NCBI GenBank assembly: GCA_963664395.2
Contig: OY761159.2
Span: 3,296,001 to 3,360,000, forward strand
DNA: 64,000 nt
Source: Candidatus Binatia bacterium
GTDB taxonomy: Bacteria; Desulfobacterota; Binatia; Bin18
Reading direction: 5' to 3'
Shown here in pieces: positions 9,247-19,908 of this stretch (position 1 is the stretch's first letter; each line of letters opens with the position of its first letter). The translations under genes were made by a program, and so were the position numbers. The notes under the pieces were generated by a model. That model did no database searches. It had not been told where the DNA came from and was given only the letters and a program-made list of their open reading frames with translations.

Positions 9247-9954
9247 CTAGTCGTTATTCGCCAGGGAAAGCAGAATTTGCAGAATATACCAGAACATCAG
9301 GGCCACACCGGCAAACAACGCCAACGAGGCGGCCACGTGCTGATCGGGTCGATAGTGGTGAATAATGTTCGAGGTCGTATACAGGATAGACCCTGCGGCA
9401 AAGGCGACCATAATGGCGGAGAAGAACAATCCCAGGCTAAAGCCAAACAACATACTGGCCAAGATCACACCCAGGGCGACAAATCCACCTATGGAGAGAA
9501 TGCCCCGCAGAAAAGAGAAGTCTTTGCGCGTTGTGAAAGCCGTAAACGTCAGCCCGCCGAACAGCAGCAAGGTCATCAGTCCTGCCGTAGGAATAACATC
9601 CGGCGAGCTATAGTGCGTCGCAATATACAGCATGGGCAGAAAGATGACCGCCTCTGCCACGATATACAGGCCCAGTCCAAGATATTGCATCTGGGGCGAG
9701 GCATCAGACTGCGCCCAGCGGTCGGCCAGCCAGGACACGCCCATAAACGCGGCGAGCACGACGAACCAGCCGTAACCACCAACCATGGTCTGAGCCAGAG
9801 CTGGCGCAAACGACGACTGCAACAGGAGATTTTCAACCAGGATAAAGGCCAATATTGCCAATGCGAGGTGGGTGTACGTGCGGCGAATAAACCCCGCTCG
9901 CGCTACCTCAGACGCATGGGCCGCCGGCTGGGAATACGTCATAGTTGAAGCCAT
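9247..9954 (-). CDS. Bax inhibitor-1/YccA family membrane protein
   Basis: FIRRTYTHL, RKDFSFL, ILYTTSNI, about 7 TM helices; GGAGG RBS. Confidence 0.88.
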   Translation of the reverse strand: MASTMTYSQPAAHASEVARAGFIRRTYTHLALAILAFILVENLLLQSSFAPALAQTMVGGYGWFVVLAAFMGVSWLADRWAQSDASPQMQYLGLGLYIVAEAVIFLPMLYIATHYSSPDVIPTAGLMTLLLFGGLTFTAFTTRKDFSFLRGILSIGGFVALGVILASMLFGFSLGLFFSAIMVAFAAGSILYTTSNIIHHYRPDQHVAASLALFAGVALMFWYILQILLSLANND

Positions 9955-10020
9955 ACATACCTCCGTAGAGTTGAAGAGTCTTTTTTCAGGCTAATGCCCT
10001 GGAGGGGTACAGTCAATAAG

Positions 10021-10041
10021 AGAAGGGGCAGCGCCCCTTCT
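10021..10041. terminator. Hairpin, possible terminator downstream of the esterase gene
   Basis: agaaggggc-agc-gccccttct perfect 9-bp stem; U-tract weak. Confidence 0.4.
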
Positions 10042-10076
10042 CACGGCGATCAATCTGTGCGAAGAACTGCTCGTGT

Positions 10077-11003
10077 TTATTGGGCAAACGCCGCTTTCAG
10101 TTCCTCAGCCACTTCCGCTAGTGCTTTCTTCTGGGCGTCAAGATGGAAGAAGCTGAAGAAGCCGTGAATCGTTCCGTCGTAGCGGGATATTTTGATATCA
10201 GCGCCGGCGTCTTGGAGCCTTTTGCCGTAGGCTTCGCCTTCGTCGCGCAGGGGATCAAATTCGGCCGTAATCACCAGCCCCGGCGGAGGACTGTTCACGT
10301 ATTTAGCTTGCAAAGGCGAGGCATACGGAGCATTCCCGGCCTCGTCGTTTTCAAGATAGTGGTCCCAGAACCACACCATGGAGTCTTTGGTCAGCAGATA
10401 GTCTTCCCCATTCTGCTTACACGACTCGGTATCAAAGGAATGGTTGGTGACCGGATAGAGCAGGAGCTGGTAGGCGAGTGAAGGGGCACCGCGATCACCC
10501 GCCATGAGTGCCACTGCTGCGGCTAAGTTGCCGCCGGCACTATCACCGCCAACCGCCACCCGTTGCGGGTCTCCGCCAAGAGCAGCCGCATTTAACACGG
10601 CCCATTTGGTGGCTTCGTAACAATCCTCAGGCGCTGCGGGAAATTTATGCTCCGGAGCGAGGCGGTAATCGACTGCAAGCGTGATGCAGCCGGCGGCGTT
10701 GGCCAAGGCGCGGCAGGTTGCATCATGGCTTTCGAGGTTGCCGACCACCCAGCCGCCGCCGTGAAAAAAGACCAGAACGGGCAGCGGACCGTCTCCCTCG
10801 GGCGTGTAGAGCCGAATCGGCAGGTCTCCGGTCGGGGTCGGAATGGTCCGGTCTTCAACCTTGGCAACCGGCTCCGGATTTTCAACTTGGAAGAGCTGCA
10901 GAATAGCCTGGCGGGCTTCCGCGACCTCCATTTCATGAAAGCCACGACCGCCGGCGGCTGCGAGTTGATCAATAAATGCCTGTTCTTGCTGACCTAGGGG
11001 CAT
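10077..11003 (-). CDS. HSL-family (family IV) esterase/lipase
   Basis: [29 protein letters not shown]. Confidence 0.93.
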   Translation of the reverse strand: MPLGQQEQAFIDQLAAAGGRGFHEMEVAEARQAILQLFQVENPEPVAKVEDRTIPTPTGDLPIRLYTPEGDGPLPVLVFFHGGGWVVGNLESHDATCRALANAAGCITLAVDYRLAPEHKFPAAPEDCYEATKWAVLNAAALGGDPQRVAVGGDSAGGNLAAAVALMAGDRGAPSLAYQLLLYPVTNHSFDTESCKQNGEDYLLTKDSMVWFWDHYLENDEAGNAPYASPLQAKYVNSPPPGLVITAEFDPLRDEGEAYGKRLQDAGADIKISRYDGTIHGFFSFFHLDAQKKALAEVAEELKAAFAQ

Positions 11004-11112
11004 ACTTCCCTCCTTCGTGTGATTCGTACTGTGATGTGTCGAAATGTCAGGGCTGAAATGAGATGTTTATCTGGGGTGGGTGGTATTTTTCAAGAGGGCA
11101 ACCAAGCTGTGA

Positions 11113-12078
11113 TTACTGTGTACTCGCCCGGCCATTCACCCACTGGGCAAATTTATCCGTTTCATTCCGAGCCTGCTGCCACAGGAGCTGAACCGCGCGG
11201 TCCGGGTCCCAGCTACCGGGCCGTTCGATAAAGTCAAAACCCAGCTTATCCGGAGAATCTTTAATGCTCGAACGTAGAAACGGGTATTTATCCACCCAGG
11301 CTGTGACGGGCGAGTCATAAAAATAGAGAACGGTTTCAGAAGTAAAACTTGCGGCCCGCCCCGCCCGTATGTCTTTCCGTTCACTGTCGATATAGGCATG
11401 TTTATACTGACGGATGGCACGCGCCGTCTCATAATAACCGAAGAGTACTTTGGCGCCGGCCACGACGCGTTTTTCCGCCTCTCCCTGGCTTTGGCGACTC
11501 AAAGTGCGGATGCGATTTCTGGCCTCCCGCACGCCTTTCTCGTAGACTGGCAGTGGACCGGAGGGCACGGCCAGCATTTCCAACCCGCGCAACGTGGCGA
11601 GGGCCTGATCGCCCATCGCCTCTGTTTTTGCTTGAATTCCTTCCGGCAACGGCGCCGTCAACATGGTTTGCAGGCTTGCGACCGCCTGTTTCTCCTCTTT
11701 CTTCTCTTCTATACGTTGCCAAATTTCAGGCTCAAAAAATATCGGGCGGCGTTTCCCCTTGCGGGAGACTAACAGCAGGACGGCCTTTTGTTTTTTCTGG
11801 GCATCACGGACTGCGTTGCGGTAACTCGTACAGTTCTGAATGGGCCAGCTATTCACCTGTTCGAGGATGTCGCCTGTGCGCAACCCTACGCGTGAGCCTG
11901 GGGTGAGCTGGGTAATCTCGGCAATGGGCAGACCGGGCGACTCTTCTTGCGTGGTCGGATGGAGGCTGAGACCCAGATACTCTTGCGCCTCCTGGCATGG
12001 ATTCGCTCCTGCAGAGGGGGGATGAATAAAGAAACTCACTGTGACGACGACCGCAATAACGACAGCAGGGTATTTCAC
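11113..12078 (-). CDS. Exported PDZ-domain protein
   Basis: N-terminal signal peptide; GLRTGDILEQVN PDZ motif; helical C-terminal region of unknown function. Confidence 0.65.
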   Translation of the reverse strand: MKYPAVVIAVVVTVSFFIHPPSAGANPCQEAQEYLGLSLHPTTQEESPGLPIAEITQLTPGSRVGLRTGDILEQVNSWPIQNCTSYRNAVRDAQKKQKAVLLLVSRKGKRRPIFFEPEIWQRIEEKKEEKQAVASLQTMLTAPLPEGIQAKTEAMGDQALATLRGLEMLAVPSGPLPVYEKGVREARNRIRTLSRQSQGEAEKRVVAGAKVLFGYYETARAIRQYKHAYIDSERKDIRAGRAASFTSETVLYFYDSPVTAWVDKYPFLRSSIKDSPDKLGFDFIERPGSWDPDRAVQLLWQQARNETDKFAQWVNGRASTQ

Positions 12079-12157
12079 GCTGATGTGTTCCTTCTCTCTC
12101 TCTTGAGTGTCGGCATTGTATAGAGGGGAGCCTCAGACTGGAAGGGCGGTTGCTGCG

Positions 12158-13012
12158 CTATCTTTCCCCCCAGCGGAGCTTGTTGCGCAAGACATCAAAG
12201 AAGGTTCGGTTGGGGGAGATGATGAGCGGAACGGTGACGTGGGAGCGTTGAATACATACGGTGTCCCCACTCTTGAGGGGATGTCCTTCCTGGCCATCCA
12301 GGGTCAGGGTGACGTCCTCGTCCGGAGTCTGGACCACAACATTGATATCAGCCTGGTCAGACAGAATAATTGGACGGTTTGTCAATGTATGCGGACAGAT
12401 CGGAGTCAGCACGACAACACCCAGCGTGGCATCAATAATCGGCCCGCCGGCCGCCAGTGAATACGCAGTTGAGCCAGTTGGGGTAGCGACAATGAGACCG
12501 TCCGCTTTATAGGTACATAAATGTTTGCCATCCACCCAGGTTGCGAGGTCCATGATACGGGCCAGCGCGCCTTTGTTGATAACCGCGTCATTCAGCGCCT
12601 GAAACGTTCCAACCGACTTCTTCTCGCGGACCAGCGTGGCGGCGAGGAGGCTGCGTCGCTCAATTGCATAATCCCCGGCGAGGATACGTTCAAGCGTGGG
12701 CAGCAGTTCTGCGGTCGTTGTTTCGGTCAGAAAGCCCAGCCCGCCAAGATTGACGCCAAGAATGGGCACTTCCCGCGCAGTGGCCCGCCGGGCAACACTG
12801 AGCAGCGTGCCATCGCCACCCAGCACGACAACCAGGTCGGCCTGTGCCATGATTTCGACTTTACGCCACCCCCGCTCAAGGCCAAGTTCTTCACTGGTTC
12901 GGTCCTCGGGCAGGATCGTTTTGCCGCGCTCTTGAAGCCAGGCAGTCAGTTCGCGGCCAAGCACAATAGCCGCTGGAGTGTTGACTTTGATGACCAGACC
13001 GATTGTCTTCAT
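12158..13012 (-). CDS. nadK: NAD(+) kinase
   Basis: GGDGT, GLGFL, LND, DGLIVATPTGSTAYSLAAGGP. Confidence 0.96.
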   Translation of the reverse strand: MKTIGLVIKVNTPAAIVLGRELTAWLQERGKTILPEDRTSEELGLERGWRKVEIMAQADLVVVLGGDGTLLSVARRATAREVPILGVNLGGLGFLTETTTAELLPTLERILAGDYAIERRSLLAATLVREKKSVGTFQALNDAVINKGALARIMDLATWVDGKHLCTYKADGLIVATPTGSTAYSLAAGGPIIDATLGVVVLTPICPHTLTNRPIILSDQADINVVVQTPDEDVTLTLDGQEGHPLKSGDTVCIQRSHVTVPLIISPNRTFFDVLRNKLRWGER

Positions 13013-13076
13013 GGCACCCTACTACCGAGCAGAGGGCGCTCCCTTTTCGCTGCACCCGGCGTATAATGGCGTGTAT

Positions 13077-14441
13077 ATGGCACCCCGTCATCCTCACTTG
13101 AAGAACCAGAACAATTTATTTGCTCATACTGCCGAAAAGGAGGCGGCCAAGAAAGCCCCTCTGGCCGAGCGTCTACGCCCGCAGACGCTGGATGCCTATG
13201 TCGGTCAGACGCATCTCCTCGGTCCAGGCCGCTTACTGCGTCAAATGGTTGAGCAGAAAACACTCACCTCGCTGATCTTATGGGGACCGCCGGGCAGTGG
13301 CAAAACAACCCTGGCCCACCTGCTCGCTCAGTCGGTAGCGCTGCCCTTTGTGGGCTTTTCAGCGGTGCTGTTCGGGGTCAAAGAGTTGCGTCTCATTCTT
13401 GCGGACGCGCAGCTGCACCGGCAGCAAACGGGTGAAGCTACCGTCTTGTTTGTGGATGAAATTCACCGTTTTAACAAAGCCCAACAAGACGCCTTTCTGC
13501 CCCATGTGGAGCAAGGTCTGATTATTCTGATCGGCGCAACAACGGAAAATCCATCTTTTGAAGTGATTGCGCCACTCTTGTCGCGCTCCCGCGTGGTGGT
13601 GCTGGAAGCGCTTGAAGCAGAGCAGCTTGTCCGGATTCTGCACCGCGCGGTGCAGGACACAGACAGCGGCCTGGGCCGGCACCAGATTGCAGCAGACGAA
13701 GAGGTGCTGCGTACAATCGCCGAGTACGCGCAGGGGGATGCCCGGGTCGCCTTAAACACCCTTGAGGTCGTAACAACCCTGGCGGTCCAAAAAAAAGCCG
13801 CCCGCCTTGACCTGGCTCTCGTGCAAGAGGCAACCCAGCATAAGGCGATCCTGTACGATAAGGGTGGTGAGGAACATTATAATATCATCTCCGCCTTTAT
13901 TAAGAGCTTGCGCGGGAGTGATCCTGACGCGGCGTTGTACTGGATGCTGCGCATGCTGGAGGCCGGGGAAGACATCCTCTTTATTGCCAGAAGGATGGTG
14001 ATCTTTGCAGCCGAAGACATTGGGAATGCCGATCCACAGGCGCTGTCTCTTGCTGTTGCGACAAAGGAAGCGGTGCATTTTGTCGGGCTGCCGGAGGCGC
14101 GTATTCCATTGGCCCAGGCCACAACCTACCTGGCAACCGCACCCAAATCGAACGCGTCATACAAAGCCATGCTGGCCGCCCAGGAAGATGTGAAAACATA
14201 TGGCCCTTTGCCGGTCCCGCTCCACTTGCGCAACGCGCCGACAAAATTGATGCAAAACCTGGGTTATGGCAAGGAGTATCAGTATGCGCATGATTACGAG
14301 GACGCCCGTGTGACACAGACCCATTTGCCTGAGAAGCTGACCCAACGTCGGTATTATCAGCCCAGCGAGCACGGACATGAAAAAGTGATGAGCGAGCGGT
14401 TGAATGCACGGCGAAAAAGGCGCGCCGGAACAAAAGACTGA
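13077..14441 (+). CDS. rarA: Replication-associated recombination protein A (MgsA)
   Basis: PLAERLRP, GPPGSGKTT, DEIHRFNKAQQD, GATTENP, SAFIKSLRGSD, EDIGNADP; start uncertain. Confidence 0.95.
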   Translation: MAPRHPHLKNQNNLFAHTAEKEAAKKAPLAERLRPQTLDAYVGQTHLLGPGRLLRQMVEQKTLTSLILWGPPGSGKTTLAHLLAQSVALPFVGFSAVLFGVKELRLILADAQLHRQQTGEATVLFVDEIHRFNKAQQDAFLPHVEQGLIILIGATTENPSFEVIAPLLSRSRVVVLEALEAEQLVRILHRAVQDTDSGLGRHQIAADEEVLRTIAEYAQGDARVALNTLEVVTTLAVQKKAARLDLALVQEATQHKAILYDKGGEEHYNIISAFIKSLRGSDPDAALYWMLRMLEAGEDILFIARRMVIFAAEDIGNADPQALSLAVATKEAVHFVGLPEARIPLAQATTYLATAPKSNASYKAMLAAQEDVKTYGPLPVPLHLRNAPTKLMQNLGYGKEYQYAHDYEDARVTQTHLPEKLTQRRYYQPSEHGHEKVMSERLNARRKRRAGTKD

Positions 14442-14506
14442 AAAGAAGCGGAGACCGGCTGACGCGGCGCATGCAGCCGCCCTGCAAGAGGTGAGGAGGA
14501 ATACGC

Positions 14507-15661
14507 ATGGAATACACACCACCCGAATCTTTTACGATCACCATTCCCGACGCGGTGCTTGATGATCTGAAAAATCGGCTCAACCGCGTTCGCTGGCCGG
14601 GCGAGTTGCCCAACTCAGACTGGGATTACGGAGCGAATCTATCCTATATCCGGCAACTCGTTGAATACTGGCGCACCCAGTATGACTGGCGCGCCCAGGA
14701 GCGGGCGATGAATCGCTGGACGCATTTCAAAACCGCTATAGGCGGCCAAGGGATTCATTTTATTCATGCGCGCGGGAAAGGCCCCGCTCCACTGCCACTG
14801 ATTATTTCGCACGGTTGGCCCGGTTCGTTTTATGAGTTTATGGATGTGATCGGGCCATTAACCGATCCTGCCGCCCACGGCGGCGACCCAGCCGACGCGT
14901 TCGATGTGGTGGTGCCGTCTCTGCCGGGCTATGGATTTTCCGACCCGCCGCACGAGCGCGCAGTCAATATCAGTCGCATGGCCGAGTGGTTTGCCGTCTT
15001 GATGAAAGAGGTCCTCGGCTATGAGCGCTACGGAGCCCAGGGGGGCGACTGGGGTTCAATGATTTCGTCTCGGCTGGGCTATGCCTATCCTGAGCAGTTG
15101 ATCGGCGTCCATCTCAATATGGTCGGCATTGCACCCCACCCGGCGAACCGCCAAAACTTGAGCACCGCCGAAGAGGCGTTTCTGAAAGGGATGGGCACCT
15201 GGCAACGAGAGGAACGCGGCTACCAGGAAATTCAGGGTACCAAGCCCCAGACCTTAGGCTTTGCGCTCAATGACTCGCCGGTTGGATTATGTGCCTGGAT
15301 CGTTGAAAAATTTCGGACGTGGAGCGACTGCGATGGGAATCCGGAAAACTCGTATACCAAAGACCAACTGCTCACCAACGTCATGCTCTACTGGGTCACG
15401 CAGACTTTCCACTCGGCCTCACGGATTTATTATGAGGAGCGGCATCATCCGTGGCGGCTCGGAAAAGACGAAAAAGTGAGTGTGCCCACCGGGATCGCCG
15501 TCTTTCCAAAAGAGATTGCCTGTGCTCCGCGGGAATGGGCTGAGCGGGCGTATAATGTCCGGCACTGGACTGCCATGCCTGCCGGTGGCCATTTTGCGGC
15601 CATGGAGCAGCCTGAGTTGATGGTAAAGGATATTCGGGCGTTCTTCCGCGGTTTGCGTTAA
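14507..15661 (+). CDS. Epoxide hydrolase (EHN + alpha/beta hydrolase)
   Basis: YDWR, HGWPGS, PSLPGYGFS, GGDWG, GGHFAA. Confidence 0.93.
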   Translation: MEYTPPESFTITIPDAVLDDLKNRLNRVRWPGELPNSDWDYGANLSYIRQLVEYWRTQYDWRAQERAMNRWTHFKTAIGGQGIHFIHARGKGPAPLPLIISHGWPGSFYEFMDVIGPLTDPAAHGGDPADAFDVVVPSLPGYGFSDPPHERAVNISRMAEWFAVLMKEVLGYERYGAQGGDWGSMISSRLGYAYPEQLIGVHLNMVGIAPHPANRQNLSTAEEAFLKGMGTWQREERGYQEIQGTKPQTLGFALNDSPVGLCAWIVEKFRTWSDCDGNPENSYTKDQLLTNVMLYWVTQTFHSASRIYYEERHHPWRLGKDEKVSVPTGIAVFPKEIACAPREWAERAYNVRHWTAMPAGGHFAAMEQPELMVKDIRAFFRGLR

Positions 15662-15666
15662 TTCCA

Positions 15667-16371
15667 ATGGCTGACTACCACAAAATTATTCTCCACGGCT
15701 CACGCCGCTCACCTTTTGTGGAGAAGGTCTATCGGGGCCTCATGCTCAAACGACTGCCGTTTGAGATACACGAGCCCCACACGTTGCAGGATGTGCGTCG
15801 GAATAACCCCACGACGGGCAAGATGCCGGCGCTTGAACTGGATGGACAGCTGCTCTTTGATTCGACGTTTATTCTTCGCGCCCTTGACGACTACCAGCCC
15901 AGTCCGCTGTTGCTGTCAGCCGACCCGCTGCTTGCTGCGCAACAACGGTTGATTGAGGATTGGGCGGACGAGTCCTTATATTGGTATGGTCTGGCCCTGC
16001 GGTGGACGATTCCGGCTAATGCAAAACGCGCCCTCCAAACTTTTGTGTCAGCGGCTCCGCCACTTCTCCGTCCCGTAGTAAAAATCATGGCTCCGCGCAT
16101 GATGCGGTCACAGATTCGTGCCCAAGGGACGGGCCGTCTACCGGCACAGACGCTTGTGCGCGAACTGGATGGACACTTGGCGGCCTTGGTCAAAATGGTC
16201 GGGCGGGGTCCCTTCTTCTTTGGCCTGGACCAGCCCAGTGTCGCCGACCTGGCAGTCTACGGACAATTGTTTTTCCTGCACGATAGCATCACGCCCGAAG
16301 GCCAGGAAACGGTTGAAAACCATCCCGCGCTGACCGAGCTGTGTCTGCGTTTGGACGTGATGACAGGCTAG
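15667..16371 (+). CDS. Glutathione S-transferase family protein
   Basis: SPFVEKV, GKMPAL, DST, PSVADLAVYG. Confidence 0.85.
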   Translation: MADYHKIILHGSRRSPFVEKVYRGLMLKRLPFEIHEPHTLQDVRRNNPTTGKMPALELDGQLLFDSTFILRALDDYQPSPLLLSADPLLAAQQRLIEDWADESLYWYGLALRWTIPANAKRALQTFVSAAPPLLRPVVKIMAPRMMRSQIRAQGTGRLPAQTLVRELDGHLAALVKMVGRGPFFFGLDQPSVADLAVYGQLFFLHDSITPEGQETVENHPALTELCLRLDVMTG

Positions 16372-16381
16372 GGGTAGTTCA

Positions 16382-16765
16382 TCAGCGCTGCCCTTCGTCC
16401 GGGGTGATCTCAAAGGCGAAGGCTTCTGTATACCAGCCGATCCAGCGAAAGAGGCGGGCACGGAAATATTTGCGAAAGAAGAGCGGAAAAATATCGTCTT
16501 GAACCTGTTTCCCCTCCAGCCAGACTGCCGTTCCCTGGAGGCGGGTTGAGCCCATTTGACAGGTGACTGTAGGCGTCTGTTTCAAATTCTTCACCCACTG
16601 TGAGTCCGAGCCTCGACCGGACGAGACATAAATCTTGTCCTGGGTTGCCACAAACCAGATCTTGACCGTGCGTGGTGTACCCGTCTTTCTGCCCAAGACT
16701 GTCAGTTCAATAAGCGACTTGCGATTGAGGCCGGCAACGTCGTGAGAGTCGTTTGAGCTGGCCAT
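16382..16765 (-). CDS. Deazaflavin-dependent oxidoreductase (Ddn/DUF385-like split barrel)
   Basis: LTVLGRKTGTPR...SQWVKNL..TP.V motif. Confidence 0.75.
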   Translation of the reverse strand: MASSNDSHDVAGLNRKSLIELTVLGRKTGTPRTVKIWFVATQDKIYVSSGRGSDSQWVKNLKQTPTVTCQMGSTRLQGTAVWLEGKQVQDDIFPLFFRKYFRARLFRWIGWYTEAFAFEITPDEGQR

Positions 16766-16775
16766 AGCGTCGTCA

Positions 16776-17873
16776 TCATTTAAGCGGAACGAAGTGTCCC
16801 TCTACACGCTGGAGGTTTCGAGGCTCGATGGTAATCGTCCGCTCCGGGGATGCGACTGTGGTGCCGATGCGCCACGCCCGGACATCATGCGCGGCTGCGA
16901 TCTGCATCACGCGGTCAGCCTCTGCTTCAGCAACAACCACACAGAAGCCAATACCCATATTATAGACTTGGTACATTTCCGCGTCGGTGAGCTGCCCAAT
17001 GTCCTGCAATACGGTGAAGATCGGGGGAGGGGGGGGCAGGGTGTGGATATGATAGCCAACTGCGGCCTCGGTCCGGGTGAGATTGAAGAAGCCGTCTCCG
17101 GTGATGTGGATAAGGGCTTTGAGCTGAATGTCGGCCGCAAACATGGCGGTGATTTCAGGAACATAAATGTGGGTTGGTTCAAGCAGTTCTTCTCCAACCG
17201 TGCGTCCGAGTTCTTGCAGATAGCTATCCACCTTGAGTCGGGCGTCTTTGAGCAGAACCTGTCGGGCCAAGGTCAAGCCATTACTATGGATGCCACTACT
17301 GGCAAGACCGATCAGCGTATCTCCCGGTTCGACCTCTTTGCCGATAATAACACGGTCAAGAGGAACAGTGCCGATGGCTGTGCCCGCGAGGTCCAAGCCA
17401 CCGCCGTCCCGAATGCCGTGAATCATCTCCTTGAGCTGAGCAATTTCTCCGCCTAAAATATTGACTTTGGCTCGCTGTGCGCCGCGATACAGGCCTTGAC
17501 CTAAGGCGTCGAGCACATCTGGCTGCAAGCTCTCGACCGCGACATAATCCACAAACGAGATCGGGGTCGCACCAACGCACAACAAGTCGTTGACGTTCAT
17601 GGCGATACAGTCAATGCCAACCGTGTCGTATTTTCCCAGCAGCTCTGCCACCAGGAGTTTGGTTCCGACCCCATCCGTGGTAACGCCGATGCCGAGGTTG
17701 AGCCCGTCGAGACGAATGATATTGGCAAAATATCCAAGGGGCAGATAGGGCCGAGCAGTGGGGCTAAAGGAGAAGGTTTGTTCGACCCAAGCGCGGAGGC
17801 GATCTAAACCGGCTTCGGCCTTCGTGCTATCAACACCTGAGGCCGCATACTGTGGGTCTCTCGCTTGGTCCAT
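16776..17873 (-). CDS. purM: Phosphoribosylformylglycinamidine cyclo-ligase
   Basis: YAASGVD, DGVGTK, GIDCIAMNVND, SSGIHSNG, HITGDG, NMGIG. Confidence 0.95.
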   Translation of the reverse strand: MDQARDPQYAASGVDSTKAEAGLDRLRAWVEQTFSFSPTARPYLPLGYFANIIRLDGLNLGIGVTTDGVGTKLLVAELLGKYDTVGIDCIAMNVNDLLCVGATPISFVDYVAVESLQPDVLDALGQGLYRGAQRAKVNILGGEIAQLKEMIHGIRDGGGLDLAGTAIGTVPLDRVIIGKEVEPGDTLIGLASSGIHSNGLTLARQVLLKDARLKVDSYLQELGRTVGEELLEPTHIYVPEITAMFAADIQLKALIHITGDGFFNLTRTEAAVGYHIHTLPPPPPIFTVLQDIGQLTDAEMYQVYNMGIGFCVVVAEAEADRVMQIAAAHDVRAWRIGTTVASPERTITIEPRNLQRVEGHFVPLK

Positions 17874-18015
17874 AATGGTGTCTCGTTCTACCGAATCTCT
17901 CACTTGAAGGCAATCCGTCTGGCCTTGCTCTTGACTCCATACCGAGCCCGGCTCACTATGGGGAGAGTCCACGGATACGTTTTGTCAGTCCTGCAAGACT
18001 GCATGTCAGACGCCT

Positions 18016-19908
18016 ATGTATGAAGCGTTTTACGGTTTTCAGGAAAACCCGTTTCGCCTCACCCCAGATCCACGCTATCTCTTTCTGAGCGTCAATCACC
18101 AGGAGGCCCTTGGCCATCTCCTGTTTGGGGTGAGTGAAGGCAATGGCGTGGTGGTCCTGACTGGAGAAATTGGCGCGGGGAAAACCACGCTCCTGCGTAC
18201 CCTGGTGGGCGACCTGAATGCGTCCACAACGGTCGCGTATATTTTTAACCCTGCGCTTTCCGCTGTTGAGCTATTGCAGTCGATCAATGCCGACCTCGGA
18301 CTCTCAGCTGACTCGACGAGCAAAAAAGATTTAACCGACGAACTGAACCATTTTCTTCTTGCCCAACAGGCTGCGGGACGACGGGTCGTTGTGATTGTCG
18401 ATGAAGCCCAGAACCTGGAACCGTCGGTTTTAGAACAGCTTCGCCTTCTCTCTAACCTTGAGACAGAACAAGAAAAGCTGCTGCACATCATTCTTGCCGG
18501 GCAACCAGAGCTGCGTGAGATGCTGGCCAAGCCAGAACTTGCGCAGCTCGACCAGCGCGTGACCCTACGCTGGCATCTTGGGCCGTTACGCGCGGAAGAA
18601 GCCGCGGCCTACGTCCGACATCGGCTCTGCATCGCCGGCGATGGACGAGAAGCGCCGCTTTTTTCGCCCGCGGCTTTACGGCAGGTATACCGTTTTTCGG
18701 GCGGCATCCCCCGGCTCATCAATATCCTGTGCCACCGGGTATTATTGGTTGGATATACCCAGGAAGAGACGTACATACGGCCAAAGATGATTCGTCACGC
18801 GATCAGGGAACTGCGTCGGCATACGACTGGCGGTCCGCGTTTTCGCTGGTCGCCGGCCACCGTGTCAACCGCGCTCGTCGTCGGAGGACTCCTGCTGGTC
18901 TGGGGAATGTTTGATATTCCTTCGGCGTGGAATCAACTGGATATTTTGGCGTCACAGGAAGAAGCACAACTCCCTCCTCCATCTCTCGTACCGAAAACGC
19001 AGGAGCGCGCTCCTCAGGAAGAACAGGAAGCAACGGCGTTGTCATCCGATCCGGAGCCACAGACTGGAGACGTTGCTATTACGGCATCCTCTCCTCAGGA
19101 ATTATTCCAGGCGCTCCAGCAGGACGAGATGCTGCCCAGTGCCGTGCGAGCGACACGGGAGCTTCTTGCCACGTGGCAGGGATTTCCTTTGGAAAAAACC
19201 GAGTGGCAAGGGGGCACGCTCGACTTGCCCGCAATTGCCGCCGCTCGTCAGCTTGAGTATCTGTCCGTGCGGAGTGATGTACGGCTCCTGACGCTGCTGG
19301 ATCTGCCGGTGATGGTGGGTTTGGCCGTTCCCCCTTCTCAGCAGACTTCTCAGCAGATGCGCTTTGCCCTGGTCCGCCAGATAACGGATACCCATTGCCT
19401 TGTCCGGCTTGGGCGAGATTATGTCGTGCCGCTCGAAGCGATTACTCACAATTGGTTTCGAGAAGCACACGTCTTTTGGAAAAACTACGAAGAGATCAGC
19501 GTGACCTTGGCTGTGGGCAGTAACGGGCCGTCGGTCGAGAAATTGCAGACTTTGTTGGCCAAGGTCCCCACGCCGTCTCATATGGGGACCTTGCTCGTAC
19601 ATCAGACGGGAAAGCCGACGCAGTTTTTTGGGCTACAGACGCACGACGCAGTGGCGCAATTTCAGAAAATACAGGGCCTTGCACCCGACGGAATCGTTGG
19701 GCCGCAGACCCTTATTCTCCTGTATCATCGCCTCCCCGGGTATATGCCGCCGAGTCTGAGTCGAACAGAGGTGGTGGGGAGTCCCTTTGCTGCTCAACGT
19801 CCAATGGTCGTGCGGCAGGGAGCAAGCCATGCCAGCGCCGACCTTCCTTCTCGTGTAGAGCAGGGCAAGCACATTGAGCAATTGGAGCCAATAGGGAAGG
19901 ACGCATGA
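18016..19908 (+). CDS. exeA: ExeA/GspA-like AAA ATPase with TM helix and peptidoglycan-binding domain
   Basis: MYEAFYGFQENPFRLTPDP, GEIGAGKTT, DEAQ, GIPRLIN; C-terminal AVAQFQ...GLAPDGIVGPQT. Confidence 0.88.
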   Translation: MYEAFYGFQENPFRLTPDPRYLFLSVNHQEALGHLLFGVSEGNGVVVLTGEIGAGKTTLLRTLVGDLNASTTVAYIFNPALSAVELLQSINADLGLSADSTSKKDLTDELNHFLLAQQAAGRRVVVIVDEAQNLEPSVLEQLRLLSNLETEQEKLLHIILAGQPELREMLAKPELAQLDQRVTLRWHLGPLRAEEAAAYVRHRLCIAGDGREAPLFSPAALRQVYRFSGGIPRLINILCHRVLLVGYTQEETYIRPKMIRHAIRELRRHTTGGPRFRWSPATVSTALVVGGLLLVWGMFDIPSAWNQLDILASQEEAQLPPPSLVPKTQERAPQEEQEATALSSDPEPQTGDVAITASSPQELFQALQQDEMLPSAVRATRELLATWQGFPLEKTEWQGGTLDLPAIAAARQLEYLSVRSDVRLLTLLDLPVMVGLAVPPSQQTSQQMRFALVRQITDTHCLVRLGRDYVVPLEAITHNWFREAHVFWKNYEEISVTLAVGSNGPSVEKLQTLLAKVPTPSHMGTLLVHQTGKPTQFFGLQTHDAVAQFQKIQGLAPDGIVGPQTLILLYHRLPGYMPPSLSRTEVVGSPFAAQRPMVVRQGASHASADLPSRVEQGKHIEQLEPIGKDA